A stretch of DNA of 64,000 bases from an uncultured Candidatus Rokubacteria bacterium (GTDB lineage Bacteria; Methylomirabilota; Methylomirabilia; Rokubacteriales; DASRDR01). The translations under genes were made by a program, and so were the position numbers. Of this stretch, positions 18,716-28,722 are shown in pieces. Within the stretch, counting starts at the first letter, position 1, and each line of letters begins with the position of its first letter. Under the pieces are notes generated by a model. It was not told where the DNA came from, made no database searches, and saw nothing but the letters and a program-made list of their open reading frames with translations. Location of the stretch: assembly GCA_963826115.1 (NCBI GenBank), contig CAWGVS010000005.1, positions 544,001 through 608,000 on the forward strand, given 5' to 3'.

Positions 18716-19632
18716 CCGCGCGGATGCTCGACGGGCGGGTCGTCGCGGTGACGGGCGCCGGCCGGGGGATCGGCCGCGAGATCGCGCTCCTGATGGCCGC
18801 GTCGGGCGCGCGCGTCGTCGTCAACGACCTGGGAGGCGCCGCGGACGGGAGCGGCGGCACCGCGTCGCCGGCCGAGGAGGTCGTGCGCGAGATCCGGGGC
18901 GCGGGCGGCGAGGCCGTGGCGAGCACGGACTCGGTCACGACGATGGCGGGCGGCGCCCGGATCGTCGAGACCGCGGTCGACCACTTCGGGCGGATCGACG
19001 TCGTCGTCAACAACGCGGGGATCGTCCGCGACCGAATGATCTTCAACATGACCGAGGAGGAGTGGGACTCGGTCATCGCCGTCCACCTGAAGGGCAGCTT
19101 TTCCCTCACGCGGGCGGCGGCCCCCCGGTTCCGCGAGCAGCGGTGGGGGCGGTTCGTCAACATGACGTCGACGTCGGGCCTGGTCGGCAACGTGGGGCAG
19201 GCGAATTACGCCGCGGCGAAGCTCGGCATCGTCGGCCTCACCCGCGTGACGGCCCTCGACATGGCCCGCTACAACGTGACCGCGAACTGCATCTCGCCCT
19301 TCGCCTGGACCCGGCTCATCGGGACGATCCCGACCGACACGCCGGAGCAGAAGGCGCGGGTGGCGAAGCTGGAGAAGATGTCGCCGCGCGACATCGCCCC
19401 GCTCGCGGTCTACCTGGCGTCGGACGACGCGGGCGAGGTGAGCGGCCAGATCTTCGGCGTGCGGGGGAAGGAGATCTTCCTCTTCTCGCAGCCTCGGCCG
19501 ACCCGCTCGATCCACCGGGACGACGGCTGGACGCCCGAGCGCCTGGCCGAGACGTTCCGTGGCACCCTCGGGCACCACTTGGTCCCGCTGGAGAGCTCGG
19601 CCCAGTACTTCAGTTACGACCCCCTCGTCTGA
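18712..19632 (+). CDS. SDR family oxidoreductase (3-hydroxyacyl-CoA dehydrogenase-like)
   Basis: TGAGRGIG, VVVNDLGG, NNAGIVRD, YAAAK. ATGA overlap with the selD stop. Confidence 0.88.
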   Translation: MTARMLDGRVVAVTGAGRGIGREIALLMAASGARVVVNDLGGAADGSGGTASPAEEVVREIRGAGGEAVASTDSVTTMAGGARIVETAVDHFGRIDVVVNNAGIVRDRMIFNMTEEEWDSVIAVHLKGSFSLTRAAAPRFREQRWGRFVNMTSTSGLVGNVGQANYAAAKLGIVGLTRVTALDMARYNVTANCISPFAWTRLIGTIPTDTPEQKARVAKLEKMSPRDIAPLAVYLASDDAGEVSGQIFGVRGKEIFLFSQPRPTRSIHRDDGWTPERLAETFRGTLGHHLVPLESSAQYFSYDPLV

Positions 19633-19882
19633 CGCGGGGGCCCCGGCGCCGCGCTCCCGCTCCATGCCCATCCGAGCCACGCGTCCGCCGCGATTCCGTC
19701 GGTCCGACGGAGGCGCGTCCCGGCCGCCCGCACCGAGATCCCGCCACCCTTGTCGGCCCCGACGGGGCCGGGCTATGGTTCCAGCGCCGGCCCATGGGTG
19801 GGCCGGGTAACGGGGAAGGCCAGCGGGCCCGGAAGCCTGGCCGGAGCGCGCCCTGGCGAACGCTCGAGGAGGCGCTCGTCCG

Positions 19883-22800
19883 ATGCAGTGCGGTCGATGC
19901 GGCCATGAGAGCCCTCCGGCAGCGCGCTTCTGCGGAGCGTGCGGCGCCAGCTTCGATGTGCCGTGCGCCGCCTGCCAGGCGCCGAACCCCTCGGCCAACC
20001 GGTTCTGCCAGCAATGTGGCGCCGCGCTCGCCGCCGTCGCGGACCGGCGATTCGATCGGCCCGAGTCCTACACGCCGAAGCACCTCGCCGACAAGATCCT
20101 CCAGTCCCGGACGGCCATCGAAGGCGAGCGCAAGCAGGTCAGCGTCCTGTTCGTCGACGTGTCGGGCTTCACCTCGCTCGCGGAGCGGCTCGATCCCGAA
20201 GACGTGCACGCCATCATGACGCGCGCATTCGAGCTGATGCTGGAGCAGGTGCACGCGTACGAGGGCACGGTCAACCAGTTCCTCGGCGACGGCATCATGG
20301 CGCTGTTCGGCGCGCCCGTCGCACACGAGGACCATGCGCGACGTGCGGCGCTTGCGGCAGTCGGCATCCGCGGTACGCTCGGCCAGTTCGGAGACGGGCT
20401 GTGGCGGACGCGCAAAATCCGCTTCCACGTCCGGCAGGGCGTGAACACCGGGCTCGTCGTCGTCGGCAGCATCGGCAGCGATCTGCGGATGGACTATACG
20501 GCGGTCGGCGACACGACGAACGTCGCGGCGAGACTGCTCCAGGCGGCCGCGCCCGACCAGGTGCTGGTTTCCGCCGCCACGCAGCGACTGGTCGCCGGCT
20601 ACTTCGTCACGAGCCCCGTCGGCGACCTCCCCCTGAAGGGCAAGAGCGATCCGATCGGCGCCTTCACGATCGACCACGCGCTCGATGAGCGGCATCGCCT
20701 GCAGATCGCCGCCGAGCACGGGTTGACGCCGCACGTCGGACGCTCGCGGGAGCTGTCCGTTCTGTCCGAGCGGTTCGATGACGTGTGCCACGGTCGAGGC
20801 GCTGTCGTCCTGATCTCCGGCGAGAGCGGCATCGGCAAGTCGCGCCTGCTGCACGAGTTCCGCCAGAGGATCGGCGACACTGCCGACTGGCGTGAAGCGC
20901 ACTGCCTTTCGTTCGGCCACGCGATGGCCCTGCACCCGCTCGTGGCGCTGCTCCGCCGGTGGTTCGAGGTCGACGAGGGCGACACCGACGCCGTGGTGGC
21001 GGAGAAGATAGACCTGGCGATCTCCCGTCTCGGCGACTCGGTCGCGCGCGCTCGTCCCTACCTCCGCGCCCTCCTGGCCCTTCCGGCGGACGAGGCGGCC
21101 GTGGACGCGATGACGCCTCAGCAGCGCCGCGCGGAGACATTCGAAGCTCTCGGACACCTTTTCGCGCGCGCCGGCGCGCGCCGGCCCCAGGTCGTGGTCC
21201 TGGAGGATCTCCAGTGGGCCGACCAGGCCACCGACTCGTTTCTCGCGTCGTTCGCGGACAGCGTCCCGGCGTGCCGACTGCTGCTCGTGCTGGTCCATCG
21301 GCCGGGCTATGCCGTGCCGCTCGGCGAGCGTAGCGATCACTCACGTCTCGTTCTCGGGCCGCTGTCGCGTGACCAGATGATCGAGCTGGTTCGGGCCGTT
21401 CGGGCGGATGCGGGCCTGCCGTCGACCGTCGAGGGACTGATCGCCGACAAGGCCGACGGCAATCCCTTCTACGCCGAAGAGCTCGCGAAGATGTTCCGCG
21501 ATACCGGCGTCGCCGAGAGCGTGCCGCAGACGATTCAGGACATCATCGCGGCGCGCATCGACCGCCTCGACGATCGCAGCAAGCGCACGCTGCAAGTGGC
21601 GGCGGTCGTGGGCCGGGAGTTCCGGCGACGGGTCGTCGAGTCGCTCGTGGACCGAAGCGACGACCTCGACGGGGCACTGCGGGCGCTTGTGGCCGCGGAG
21701 CTGCTCGTCGGGACCACCCTGGTCCCCGAGCGGACGTACGCGTTCAGGCACGCGCTGACGCACGAGGTGGCGTACGCCTCGCTGCTGGTACAGCGGCGCC
21801 GTGATCTGCACGGCCGGGCGGCCGCCGTCATCGAGGCGCTGTTTCCCGACCGTCTCGCGGAGCACGCCGAGGTGCTCGCCCACCACTGGTCGCGCGCCGA
21901 GGCGTGGGATCGGGCGTTCGGCTACCTCGTCGCCAGCGCCGAGCGCGCCGCGCGGGCCTTCGCGCTTCGCGACGCCCTGGCGCTCTACGGGGAGGCGCTG
22001 GCTGCGGCGGACCGCTGCCCGGATGCGATCGGGCCTCCACAGCGGCTGCCCGTGCATCGGGCCCGCGCGGATCTGCTGTTCGCGCTGGGGGACTACGAGC
22101 AATCTCGCCGGGAGGCCGAGGAGGCGATGGCGCTGGCGGGCGCGCTCGGCGACCGCGCCAGCGAGGCGAACGCGGTCGTGCAGAGCGCCCTCGCCCTGCA
22201 GTGGGCGCAGGACTTTCCGGCGGCCCTCGAGTACGCGGATCGGGCGGTGGCGCTTGGTCAAGCGGGGGGCGTCTCGACGGCGGTGGCGGGCGGGCTGTGG
22301 GTGACCGGCTTCATCCACGGCGTCACGGGGCGGATCGCAGACGCGCGCGTCCACCTCGAGCGCGCGCTGCCAATCGCCCACGCGGCGGGTGACGTCGGCC
22401 TGGCCGGCGTGATGGGGTGGTTCGTGGCCGCGATGGACATCTGGCAGGGACGGTATGCGGACGCCCTGACGCGCGCGGCCGAGGGCGCGCGGGTCGCCCG
22501 CGCGCATCATCTGGTCCTGCCACTGGTCAGATGTCTGTGGGCGGAGGCGGCCGCCCATGCCGGGCTGGGTGACTACCAGCGCGCCGTCGACCTGTCGCGC
22601 GAGATGCTCGCCCTGTCCGAGCGGATCGGAGACGAGGCGTTCTTCACCCGATTTCTCAACACGCTCGGCTGGCTGCACATCGATTGCGGCGACGTCGAGA
22701 CCGGGACGCGACTGAACGAGGAGTGTCGGGCGCTCGCGCGCCGCTCGCCGCACGCGACCGGTGTCGAGCGCGTTGCCTTCACGCTCGTCAATGACGCCGA

Positions 22801-23344
22801 CGGCTTCCTTGCCCGTGGCGACCTCCCGCTTGCCGCCGAAGCGCTGGACGAGGCGCTCGGAATCGTGAGGGCGCCCCCCCCGTCGCGCTGGATGACCTGG
22901 CGCTACGCGGTGCACTGCTACGTGAGCCTCGGCGAGCTGGCGCTCGCGCGCGGCGACGTGCCCGCCGCGGAGCGCTGGGCCCGCGAAGCGCTCGCGATCG
23001 CCGAGCCGACGCACTCACACAAGTACGCATCACGCGCGCATCGCCTCCTCGGTGAGGCGGCCACGCTCGCCCGGCGCTGGGAGGAGGCGACAGCGTCCCT
23101 CGCCGCGGCGCTCGGGGCGGCGACGCGCATCGCCGAGCCACGCCAGACCTGGAAGAGCCACGTCGCGCTGGCGCGCTTGCTGGGCGCCATGAAGGAGCCG
23201 GAGCGAGCCCGCGCCAGCTACACCGCGGCGCACGCCGTGCTGATGAGGGTGGCCGGGACGCTCGTGGACGGCGAGCTGCGCGCGGGGCTGGCTCGGCTGC
23301 CGGAAGTGCGCGAGGTGCTGGCGGAGTTGCGGCAGGAGCTCTGA
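19883..23344 (+). CDS. Class III adenylate/guanylate cyclase with double zinc ribbon, AAA ATPase and TPR
   Basis: Four CxxC pairs, GERKQVSVLFVDVSGFT, FLGDGIMALFGAP, GDTTNVAARL, Walker A GESGIGKS, GNPFY, helical repeats. SD GAGGAGG. Confidence 0.9.
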   Translation: MQCGRCGHESPPAARFCGACGASFDVPCAACQAPNPSANRFCQQCGAALAAVADRRFDRPESYTPKHLADKILQSRTAIEGERKQVSVLFVDVSGFTSLAERLDPEDVHAIMTRAFELMLEQVHAYEGTVNQFLGDGIMALFGAPVAHEDHARRAALAAVGIRGTLGQFGDGLWRTRKIRFHVRQGVNTGLVVVGSIGSDLRMDYTAVGDTTNVAARLLQAAAPDQVLVSAATQRLVAGYFVTSPVGDLPLKGKSDPIGAFTIDHALDERHRLQIAAEHGLTPHVGRSRELSVLSERFDDVCHGRGAVVLISGESGIGKSRLLHEFRQRIGDTADWREAHCLSFGHAMALHPLVALLRRWFEVDEGDTDAVVAEKIDLAISRLGDSVARARPYLRALLALPADEAAVDAMTPQQRRAETFEALGHLFARAGARRPQVVVLEDLQWADQATDSFLASFADSVPACRLLLVLVHRPGYAVPLGERSDHSRLVLGPLSRDQMIELVRAVRADAGLPSTVEGLIADKADGNPFYAEELAKMFRDTGVAESVPQTIQDIIAARIDRLDDRSKRTLQVAAVVGREFRRRVVESLVDRSDDLDGALRALVAAELLVGTTLVPERTYAFRHALTHEVAYASLLVQRRRDLHGRAAAVIEALFPDRLAEHAEVLAHHWSRAEAWDRAFGYLVASAERAARAFALRDALALYGEALAAADRCPDAIGPPQRLPVHRARADLLFALGDYEQSRREAEEAMALAGALGDRASEANAVVQSALALQWAQDFPAALEYADRAVALGQAGGVSTAVAGGLWVTGFIHGVTGRIADARVHLERALPIAHAAGDVGLAGVMGWFVAAMDIWQGRYADALTRAAEGARVARAHHLVLPLVRCLWAEAAAHAGLGDYQRAVDLSREMLALSERIGDEAFFTRFLNTLGWLHIDCGDVETGTRLNEECRALARRSPHATGVERVAFTLVNDADGFLARGDLPLAAEALDEALGIVRAPPPSRWMTWRYAVHCYVSLGELALARGDVPAAERWAREALAIAEPTHSHKYASRAHRLLGEAATLARRWEEATASLAAALGAATRIAEPRQTWKSHVALARLLGAMKEPERARASYTAAHAVLMRVAGTLVDGELRAGLARLPEVREVLAELRQEL

Positions 23345-23392
23345 CGGGCCCGGCTTCTCAGCCGGGCGGTCCTCTCCGGGTGCGAGTCCAGG

Positions 23393-23470
23393 CCGAGCGC
23401 CTGGCCGAGATCCTCCCCGGCACCCTTGGCAACCACCTGGGGCCGCTCGAGAGCTCCCCCCAGCACGTCA
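23393..23470 (+). pseudogene. Diverged remnant copy of the SDR 3' end (direct repeat of 19535-19612)
   Basis: Ungapped 62/78 nt identity by manual alignment. ERLAEILPGTLGNHLGPLESSPQH versus ERLAETFRGTLGHHLVPLESSAQY. Confidence 0.85.
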
Positions 23471-25450
23471 AGTCCGTTTCCCGCGCTTGACGCTGGGGAC
23501 GGGGGCCGCGCGGCCCCGAACGGCCCAGGCGAGCCAGGCGAGGCCCGCGGCGGCCGAGAGCGCGAGCGCCGTCCACTCGAGCCAGCCCTCGGTGTAGACG
23601 AGCTCCGCCTCGAAGAGGTCCACCGGCACCCGGAACTCGAGGAGGCCCCAGTCGTCCACCCGCGTCTCGAGGCTGCCCGTCGCGCTCTTGACCCGCCATA
23701 GCGGATAGGCCGCGATGCCGGTCGGGATCCAGACCCCGCCCGTCGGCGAGACCAGGACCCGGTAACGCCGCGACGTGATCCGCTCGACGCGCGGCCACGG
23801 CCGGTCGCGGCGCTCGAACAGCGCGAATCCCCCCGCCTCGCCCGCCGGCGCGTACTCCGGACCCAGGAAGCGCGCGCGGGACGCCTGGTCCGCGGGCACG
23901 GCGACCGTGCCGACACGAAGCCGCCGCGCGAACCGGTCGAACGCCGGGATCGAGAGGCGCTCCCACGGCTCGCCGAGGAGGCGCTGGCCGTCGAGGCGCT
24001 CGACGAGGGTCGTGACCCGGGCGGGCGGCGTGGCCTGGCCCGTGTAGAACCGCGCGGCCATCGGCGACGGATGGGTGAACGTCCCGTTCACGATCTCGCG
24101 GCCGGCCCGGAGCGGCGTGAGGCTGGTCACGTGAGTGTGCGGCGCGTACCACGCAGGGTTCCGGTCGAGGCGGAGAGACGACGTGAGGAAGAGGACGCGG
24201 TCCGTTCCGCCGCGGAGCGCGCTCCAGAGGCGGTCGAGGCGATGCTGGGCGGTGACCTCCTCCAGGGTCGGCCACGCTCCCGCCGCGGGCCATACGGCGA
24301 CCGTCGCGGGAGGCAGGCCGCGGTCGGGCACGACCGCCGCCAGCGCGATCGCGAGGATGGCCACGAGCGGCCGGCTCCGCGGATCGGCGCGGGCCGGGAG
24401 GATGCGGTCGACGATCACGCCCGCCCCCAGTCCCGCCGCCCACACCGCGGCCTGCACGACGCCGTCGAGCAGGCGCTGGGGCTCGATCGCGCCCGTCCCG
24501 CGGGGGAAGAGCCAGATGTCGCCGACCAGAAGGGTAACGAGCACGACCGGCAGCGCGGCGAGCACGGCGTCGAACGGGCGCCGGCGGATCCCGACCGCGA
24601 TCCACGCGAGGAGCGCCGTCGCGCCCAGGCCGAGGAGGACGGGTCGCGTCCAGACGTCTCCGGGCAGGCCGAGGGCGAGGTCGCCCCACGCGAGCGGGAC
24701 GAGCCAGGCGCGGCGGCCCGCGAGCGGCAGGGTCCAGAAGGCCGTGAGGGCGAGCGAGAGGCCCACGGTCGCCGCGGCCTGGACGACCGTCCGGCGCTCG
24801 GGCCTCGCGAGCAGCGAGAGCGTCGCCGCGAGCCCGACGAGGGCGAGCACCGACGGGAACGTCGTCGGGTGCGAGAGGATCGCCAGCGCGGCGAGCGGCG
24901 GCGCCCATCGGGGGAGGCGGGCGCCCTCGACCCACGGCCGGAGCGAGAGGGCGAGGAGCGGGAGCCAGGCCAGGCCGAGGCGCGTCGTGAGCGAGCCCCA
25001 CCGGACGCCGGCCTCGACGCCGCCCCGGAGGTCCGCCGAGAGCGTCAGCGCGAGGAACGCTCCGGGAAGCGCGAGCCAGCGGTCGCCCAGCACGCGCGCG
25101 AGGAGCGCGTAGGTCGTGATCCCCGGGGCGAGGTAGACGATCGCGCACAGGAGCCGGTACGTCGTCTCGACCGACGGGCGCCAGAGCAGGATCGCGCGCA
25201 CGAGCGCGCCCAGGAGCGCGAAGCCCGGCGGGTAGAACTGGAGCTCCGGGTATCCGCCCCACCAGTCGGGGTTCCAGTCCGCGGTCCACGCGCTCGACGG
25301 GAGCGAGCGGTCCAGCGCGTGCCAGAGGCGAAAGAGCTGGCCGGGGTGGTCGTCGAAGACCGGGACGCCCCGCCCGAACGCGGCGTAGGCGAAGGCGCCG
25401 CCGTAGGCGAGGAGGAGAAGCAGCGGCGCCTCGCGCCGCAGAGTCCTCAT
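23468..25450 (-). CDS. Multi-TM membrane protein, PTPS-related domain / GT-C-like
   Basis: N-terminal DDHPGQ and WNPDWWGGYPELQFYPPG, many TM helices, then a soluble domain and a C-terminal TM. Confidence 0.65.
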   Translation of the reverse strand: MRTLRREAPLLLLLAYGGAFAYAAFGRGVPVFDDHPGQLFRLWHALDRSLPSSAWTADWNPDWWGGYPELQFYPPGFALLGALVRAILLWRPSVETTYRLLCAIVYLAPGITTYALLARVLGDRWLALPGAFLALTLSADLRGGVEAGVRWGSLTTRLGLAWLPLLALSLRPWVEGARLPRWAPPLAALAILSHPTTFPSVLALVGLAATLSLLARPERRTVVQAAATVGLSLALTAFWTLPLAGRRAWLVPLAWGDLALGLPGDVWTRPVLLGLGATALLAWIAVGIRRRPFDAVLAALPVVLVTLLVGDIWLFPRGTGAIEPQRLLDGVVQAAVWAAGLGAGVIVDRILPARADPRSRPLVAILAIALAAVVPDRGLPPATVAVWPAAGAWPTLEEVTAQHRLDRLWSALRGGTDRVLFLTSSLRLDRNPAWYAPHTHVTSLTPLRAGREIVNGTFTHPSPMAARFYTGQATPPARVTTLVERLDGQRLLGEPWERLSIPAFDRFARRLRVGTVAVPADQASRARFLGPEYAPAGEAGGFALFERRDRPWPRVERITSRRYRVLVSPTGGVWIPTGIAAYPLWRVKSATGSLETRVDDWGLLEFRVPVDLFEAELVYTEGWLEWTALALSAAAGLAWLAWAVRGRAAPVPSVKRGKRT

Positions 25451-25778
25451 GGGGGCATCGTACTATCGACCTCGACGGGGACCGGCACGTGTCTGCTGGC
25501 TGATCCGGGCATCGCGATCGCGCCGGGCTTTTCGTGGCCGGGCCCGTCGGTCTCGATCGCGCGAGACGTGTCTCGTGGGGGCGAGTTGATGAAGGTGCGG
25601 GCCCGGAGCATAGTGGGTCGCCAAGGCACGCGCTCGGTCCGGGTGCTCGGGAGACTCGATGAGCAGACCGCTCAGCCCGTTGTCCGGCACGTCTCCTCCG
25701 TCACCGGCAGCGTCCCGCGCTCTCGCGGTTGCCGCGCCCTGCCCGCGCGGCGGGCGGCGGGGAGACCGGGTCCTCGCG

Positions 25779-26207
25779 GTGACCCTCCGCCTCCTCGTCC
25801 TGCTCTCCGCAGGCTGCGACACCGACGGCAACCACCCCGTGAGCGCGACGAGCGCGGCGCCGGAAATCGTTCTGGAGGACGCCTCGCTCAGATTCGAGGA
25901 CCCTCCCCTGGGGGGCCCGACCTGCGAGGCGAACGGCACCGTGCGAAACAAGACCCCGGACAAGACCTTGATCGGGATCGAGGTGACCGCGTTCAACGTC
26001 CAGGGAAGCGCCAACGCGATCGCACGGGCCGACGGGTTCACGCGTGAGGACAACGGCCGGGCCGCCTCCGGGAGCTTCGGAAGCGACCCGCTTCGACCGG
26101 GGCAGTCGGGGTTCTTCCACGCCCTGCTCGCGGACGCGCAAGGACGCTTCCTCCACACATGCGACGGCATCGCGCGCATCGAGCTCACCGGGGCGACGTT
26201 CAGGTGA
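25779..26207 (+). CDS. Hypothetical lipoprotein (FxLYD/Ig-like)
   Basis: Lipobox LSAG-C, GTVRN, LRPGQSGFF. Start is uncertain (GTG 25779 or ATG 25659). Confidence 0.55.
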   Translation: MTLRLLVLLSAGCDTDGNHPVSATSAAPEIVLEDASLRFEDPPLGGPTCEANGTVRNKTPDKTLIGIEVTAFNVQGSANAIARADGFTREDNGRAASGSFGSDPLRPGQSGFFHALLADAQGRFLHTCDGIARIELTGATFR

Positions 26208-26276
26208 CCGGAGGCGCGCTCCTCTTCACGGCAACGGGATGACGTCGGCCGACTTTTGACCGGGCGCAGCACTTCG

Positions 26277-26305
26277 TTGACGGCCTCGGAGGGCCGTGGT
26301 AAACC
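26277..26305 (+). promoter_or_regulatory. sigma70-like promoter with palindromic spacer, upstream of the thrC-like operon
   Basis: TTGACG-N17-TAAACC with a TG extension. ACGGCC...GGCCGT inverted repeat spans the spacer. Confidence 0.4.
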
Positions 26306-26369
26306 TCTCTGGTCCGCGTCGGGACCCGATTTTGCTGAGTGGGGCTCAAATCCCCGGAGGACCCGGCTC

Positions 26370-27617
26370 ATGACGCACGTCCGAGGGCTCGTCTGCCGCG
26401 AGTGTGGCCGCGGCGTCCCGCAGAGCCCGATCCACGTCTGCGAGCACTGCTTCGGCCCCCTCGAGGTCGACTACGACTACGCGGCCATCCGCGCGGTCGT
26501 GACGCGCGACCGGATCGCCGCGGGCCCTCCGAGCATCTGGCGCTACCGGGAGCTCCTGCCGCTCGACGGCGAGCCGCGGGTCGGCCGCCACGTGGGCCTG
26601 ACCCCGCTGGTGCGCGCGCGGAACCTCGGGGACGCGCTGGGGCTCCGCGAGCTCTACCTCAAGAACGACGCGGTCTGCCACCCGACCTGGTCCTTCAAGG
26701 ATCGCGTGGTGTCCGTGGCGATCAACAAGGCGAGGGAGCTCGGCCTCGACACCGTGGCGTGCGCGTCGACGGGCAACCTCGCCAACTCGGTCGCCGCCCA
26801 CGCCGCCGAGGCGGGCCTGCCCGCCTACGTGTTCATTCCGGTCGGGCTCGAGACGGGGAAGGTGCAGGGGACGCTCGTCTACGGGCCGGTCGTGTTCACG
26901 GTGGAGGGGACCTACGACGACGTGAATCGGCTCTGCTCGGAGCTCGCCGACCGCCACCCGTGGGCCTTCGTCAACGTGAACCTCCGGCCCTACTATGCGG
27001 AAGGGTCCAAGACGGTGGGCTACGAGATCGCCGAGCAGCTGGGCTGGCGGGCGCCGGGCCACGTGGTCGTCCCTTGCGCCGGCGGCGCGCTCCTGACGAA
27101 GATCCGGAAGGCCTTCGACGAGCTCGCCGACCTCGGTCTCGTCGACGGCCCGCCGCCGCGGATGCACGCGGCCCAGGCGGCCGGCTGCGGGCCGATCGTC
27201 ACGATGATCCGCGACGGCGCGGACGCGCTCGTGCCCGTCCGGCCCCGCACCATCGCCAAGTCCCTCGCCATCGGCAATCCGGCCGACGGCTACTACGCCG
27301 CCGCGGCCGTCCGGGAGTCGGGCGGCTGGGCCGCCCACGCCACCGACGAGGAGATCGTCGAGGCGATGGAGCTCCTCGCCCGGACCGAGGGGATCTTCGC
27401 GGAGACGGCGGGCGGGGTGACCGTCGCGGCCCTCCGCACGCTCCTGACCGAGGGCCGCATCGGTCGGGACGAGTCCGTCGTCGTCTGCATCACGGGAAGT
27501 GGCCTGAAGACCATCGAAGCCCTGGAGGGCCGGCTGCGGGAGCCCATCCACGTCGGCGCGAGCCTTTCCGCCGTCGAGGCGACGCTGCCGGAGCTCCAGG
27601 CGATCACCACGCGCTAG
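26370..27617 (+). CDS. thrC: Threonine synthase-like PLP enzyme (Zn-ribbon N-terminus)
   Basis: CRECG...CEHCFGPL, PTWSFKDR, CASTGN, EGSKT, TIAKSLAIGNP, ITGSGLK. SD GGAGG. Confidence 0.85.
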   Translation: MTHVRGLVCRECGRGVPQSPIHVCEHCFGPLEVDYDYAAIRAVVTRDRIAAGPPSIWRYRELLPLDGEPRVGRHVGLTPLVRARNLGDALGLRELYLKNDAVCHPTWSFKDRVVSVAINKARELGLDTVACASTGNLANSVAAHAAEAGLPAYVFIPVGLETGKVQGTLVYGPVVFTVEGTYDDVNRLCSELADRHPWAFVNVNLRPYYAEGSKTVGYEIAEQLGWRAPGHVVVPCAGGALLTKIRKAFDELADLGLVDGPPPRMHAAQAAGCGPIVTMIRDGADALVPVRPRTIAKSLAIGNPADGYYAAAAVRESGGWAAHATDEEIVEAMELLARTEGIFAETAGGVTVAALRTLLTEGRIGRDESVVVCITGSGLKTIEALEGRLREPIHVGASLSAVEATLPELQAITTR

Positions 27618-27630
27618 GGAGGGTTCGAGG

Positions 27631-27909
27631 ATGCCTGTGCTGGTTCGCATTCCCACGGTGCTCCGCCGGCATACCGGCGGAACCGGAGAGGTCTACGCCA
27701 CGGGGAAGGACGTCGGGGAGCTCGTGTCCGATCTGGAGCGGCAGTTCCCGGGGCTGCGCGAGCGGCTCTGTGACGAGACGGGAGACTTCCGGAAGTTTCT
27801 CAACGTGTACGTGAACCAGGAGGACGTCCGGTTCCTGGAGGGGCTCCAGAGCGCCGTGAAGGACGGCGACGAGGTCTCGATCGTCCCGGCGATCGCCGGA
27901 GGGCGGTAG
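27631..27909 (+). CDS. MoaD/ThiS/CysO-like ubiquitin-fold sulfur carrier, C-terminus GG-R
   Basis: VRIPTVLR, NVYVNQEDVRFL, DGDEVSIVPAIAGGR*. Confidence 0.9.
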   Translation: MPVLVRIPTVLRRHTGGTGEVYATGKDVGELVSDLERQFPGLRERLCDETGDFRKFLNVYVNQEDVRFLEGLQSAVKDGDEVSIVPAIAGGR

Positions 27910-27933
27910 CCGCCCGCCGGGAGGAGACGGGGC

Positions 27934-28722
27934 GTGAGCCTGCGCCTTCCGTTCTCCGAGGCTGACCTCCGCCGGTACAGCCGGCAGATGATCCTGCCGG
28001 AGGTCGGTGGCGCCGGGCAGGCGCGCCTCCGGCAGGCCCGCGTCCTGGTGGTGGGGGCCGGGGGGCTCGGCTCGCCGGCGGCGCTCTACCTGGCCGCGGC
28101 GGGCGTGGGCACGCTGGGGCTGGTCGACTCCGATCGCGTCGAGCTGTCGAACCTCCAGCGGCAGATTCTCCACGGGACGAAGTCACTCGACCTGCCGAAG
28201 GTGGCCTCCGCGCAGGCGCGCCTCGAGGACCTGAACCCGGACGTGCGCGTCGTGCCGCACGAGCTTCGGCTGGATCGGGACAACGCCCGCGACGTGCTGG
28301 TGGCGTACGACGTGGTGGTCGAGGGCTCCGACACCCTCGCGACGAAGCTCGTCGTCAACGACGCGTGCGTGGCGCTGGGCCGCCCGCTGGTCGCGGCGGG
28401 CATCCTCCGCTGGGACGGGCAGATCCTGGTGGTGCGCCCTCGCGAGACCGCGTGCTACCGCTGCGTGTACCGGCGGGAGCCGCCGGAGGGGGCGGTCCCC
28501 ACGTGCGAGGCGGCGGGCGTCCTCGGGCCGGTCGCCGGCGTGGTGGGGAGCCTCCAGGCCGTGGAGGCGCTGAAGGTGTGTCTCGGGCTCGAGACCGCGG
28601 CCGCCGGGCGCCTCCTGCTGTACGATGGCGCGGTGGCGGAGCTACGGGCGATCACGGTGCGGCGGGATCCGGCGTGTCCCGCCTGCGGTACCCTGCCGGC
28701 AGAGGAGCGAGCACAGGCATGA
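27934..28722 (+). CDS. moeB: MoeB/ThiF/HesA E1-like adenylyltransferase
   Basis: RYSRQ, GAGGLG, SNLQRQ, CYRC, PTCEAAGVLG, CPAC. No rhodanese domain. Confidence 0.9.
   Translation: MSLRLPFSEADLRRYSRQMILPEVGGAGQARLRQARVLVVGAGGLGSPAALYLAAAGVGTLGLVDSDRVELSNLQRQILHGTKSLDLPKVASAQARLEDLNPDVRVVPHELRLDRDNARDVLVAYDVVVEGSDTLATKLVVNDACVALGRPLVAAGILRWDGQILVVRPRETACYRCVYRREPPEGAVPTCEAAGVLGPVAGVVGSLQAVEALKVCLGLETAAAGRLLLYDGAVAELRAITVRRDPACPACGTLPAEERAQA

Noticed and set aside
19780-19850. Cobalamin-riboswitch-like fragment (GGGAAGGC...GCCTGGCC)
   Set aside because: The conserved 5' core is missing and the downstream gene is unrelated to B12.
26310-26365. SAM riboswitch upstream of the thrC-like gene
   Set aside because: Only a short bulged hairpin is present, with no SAM-I/II/SAH consensus.
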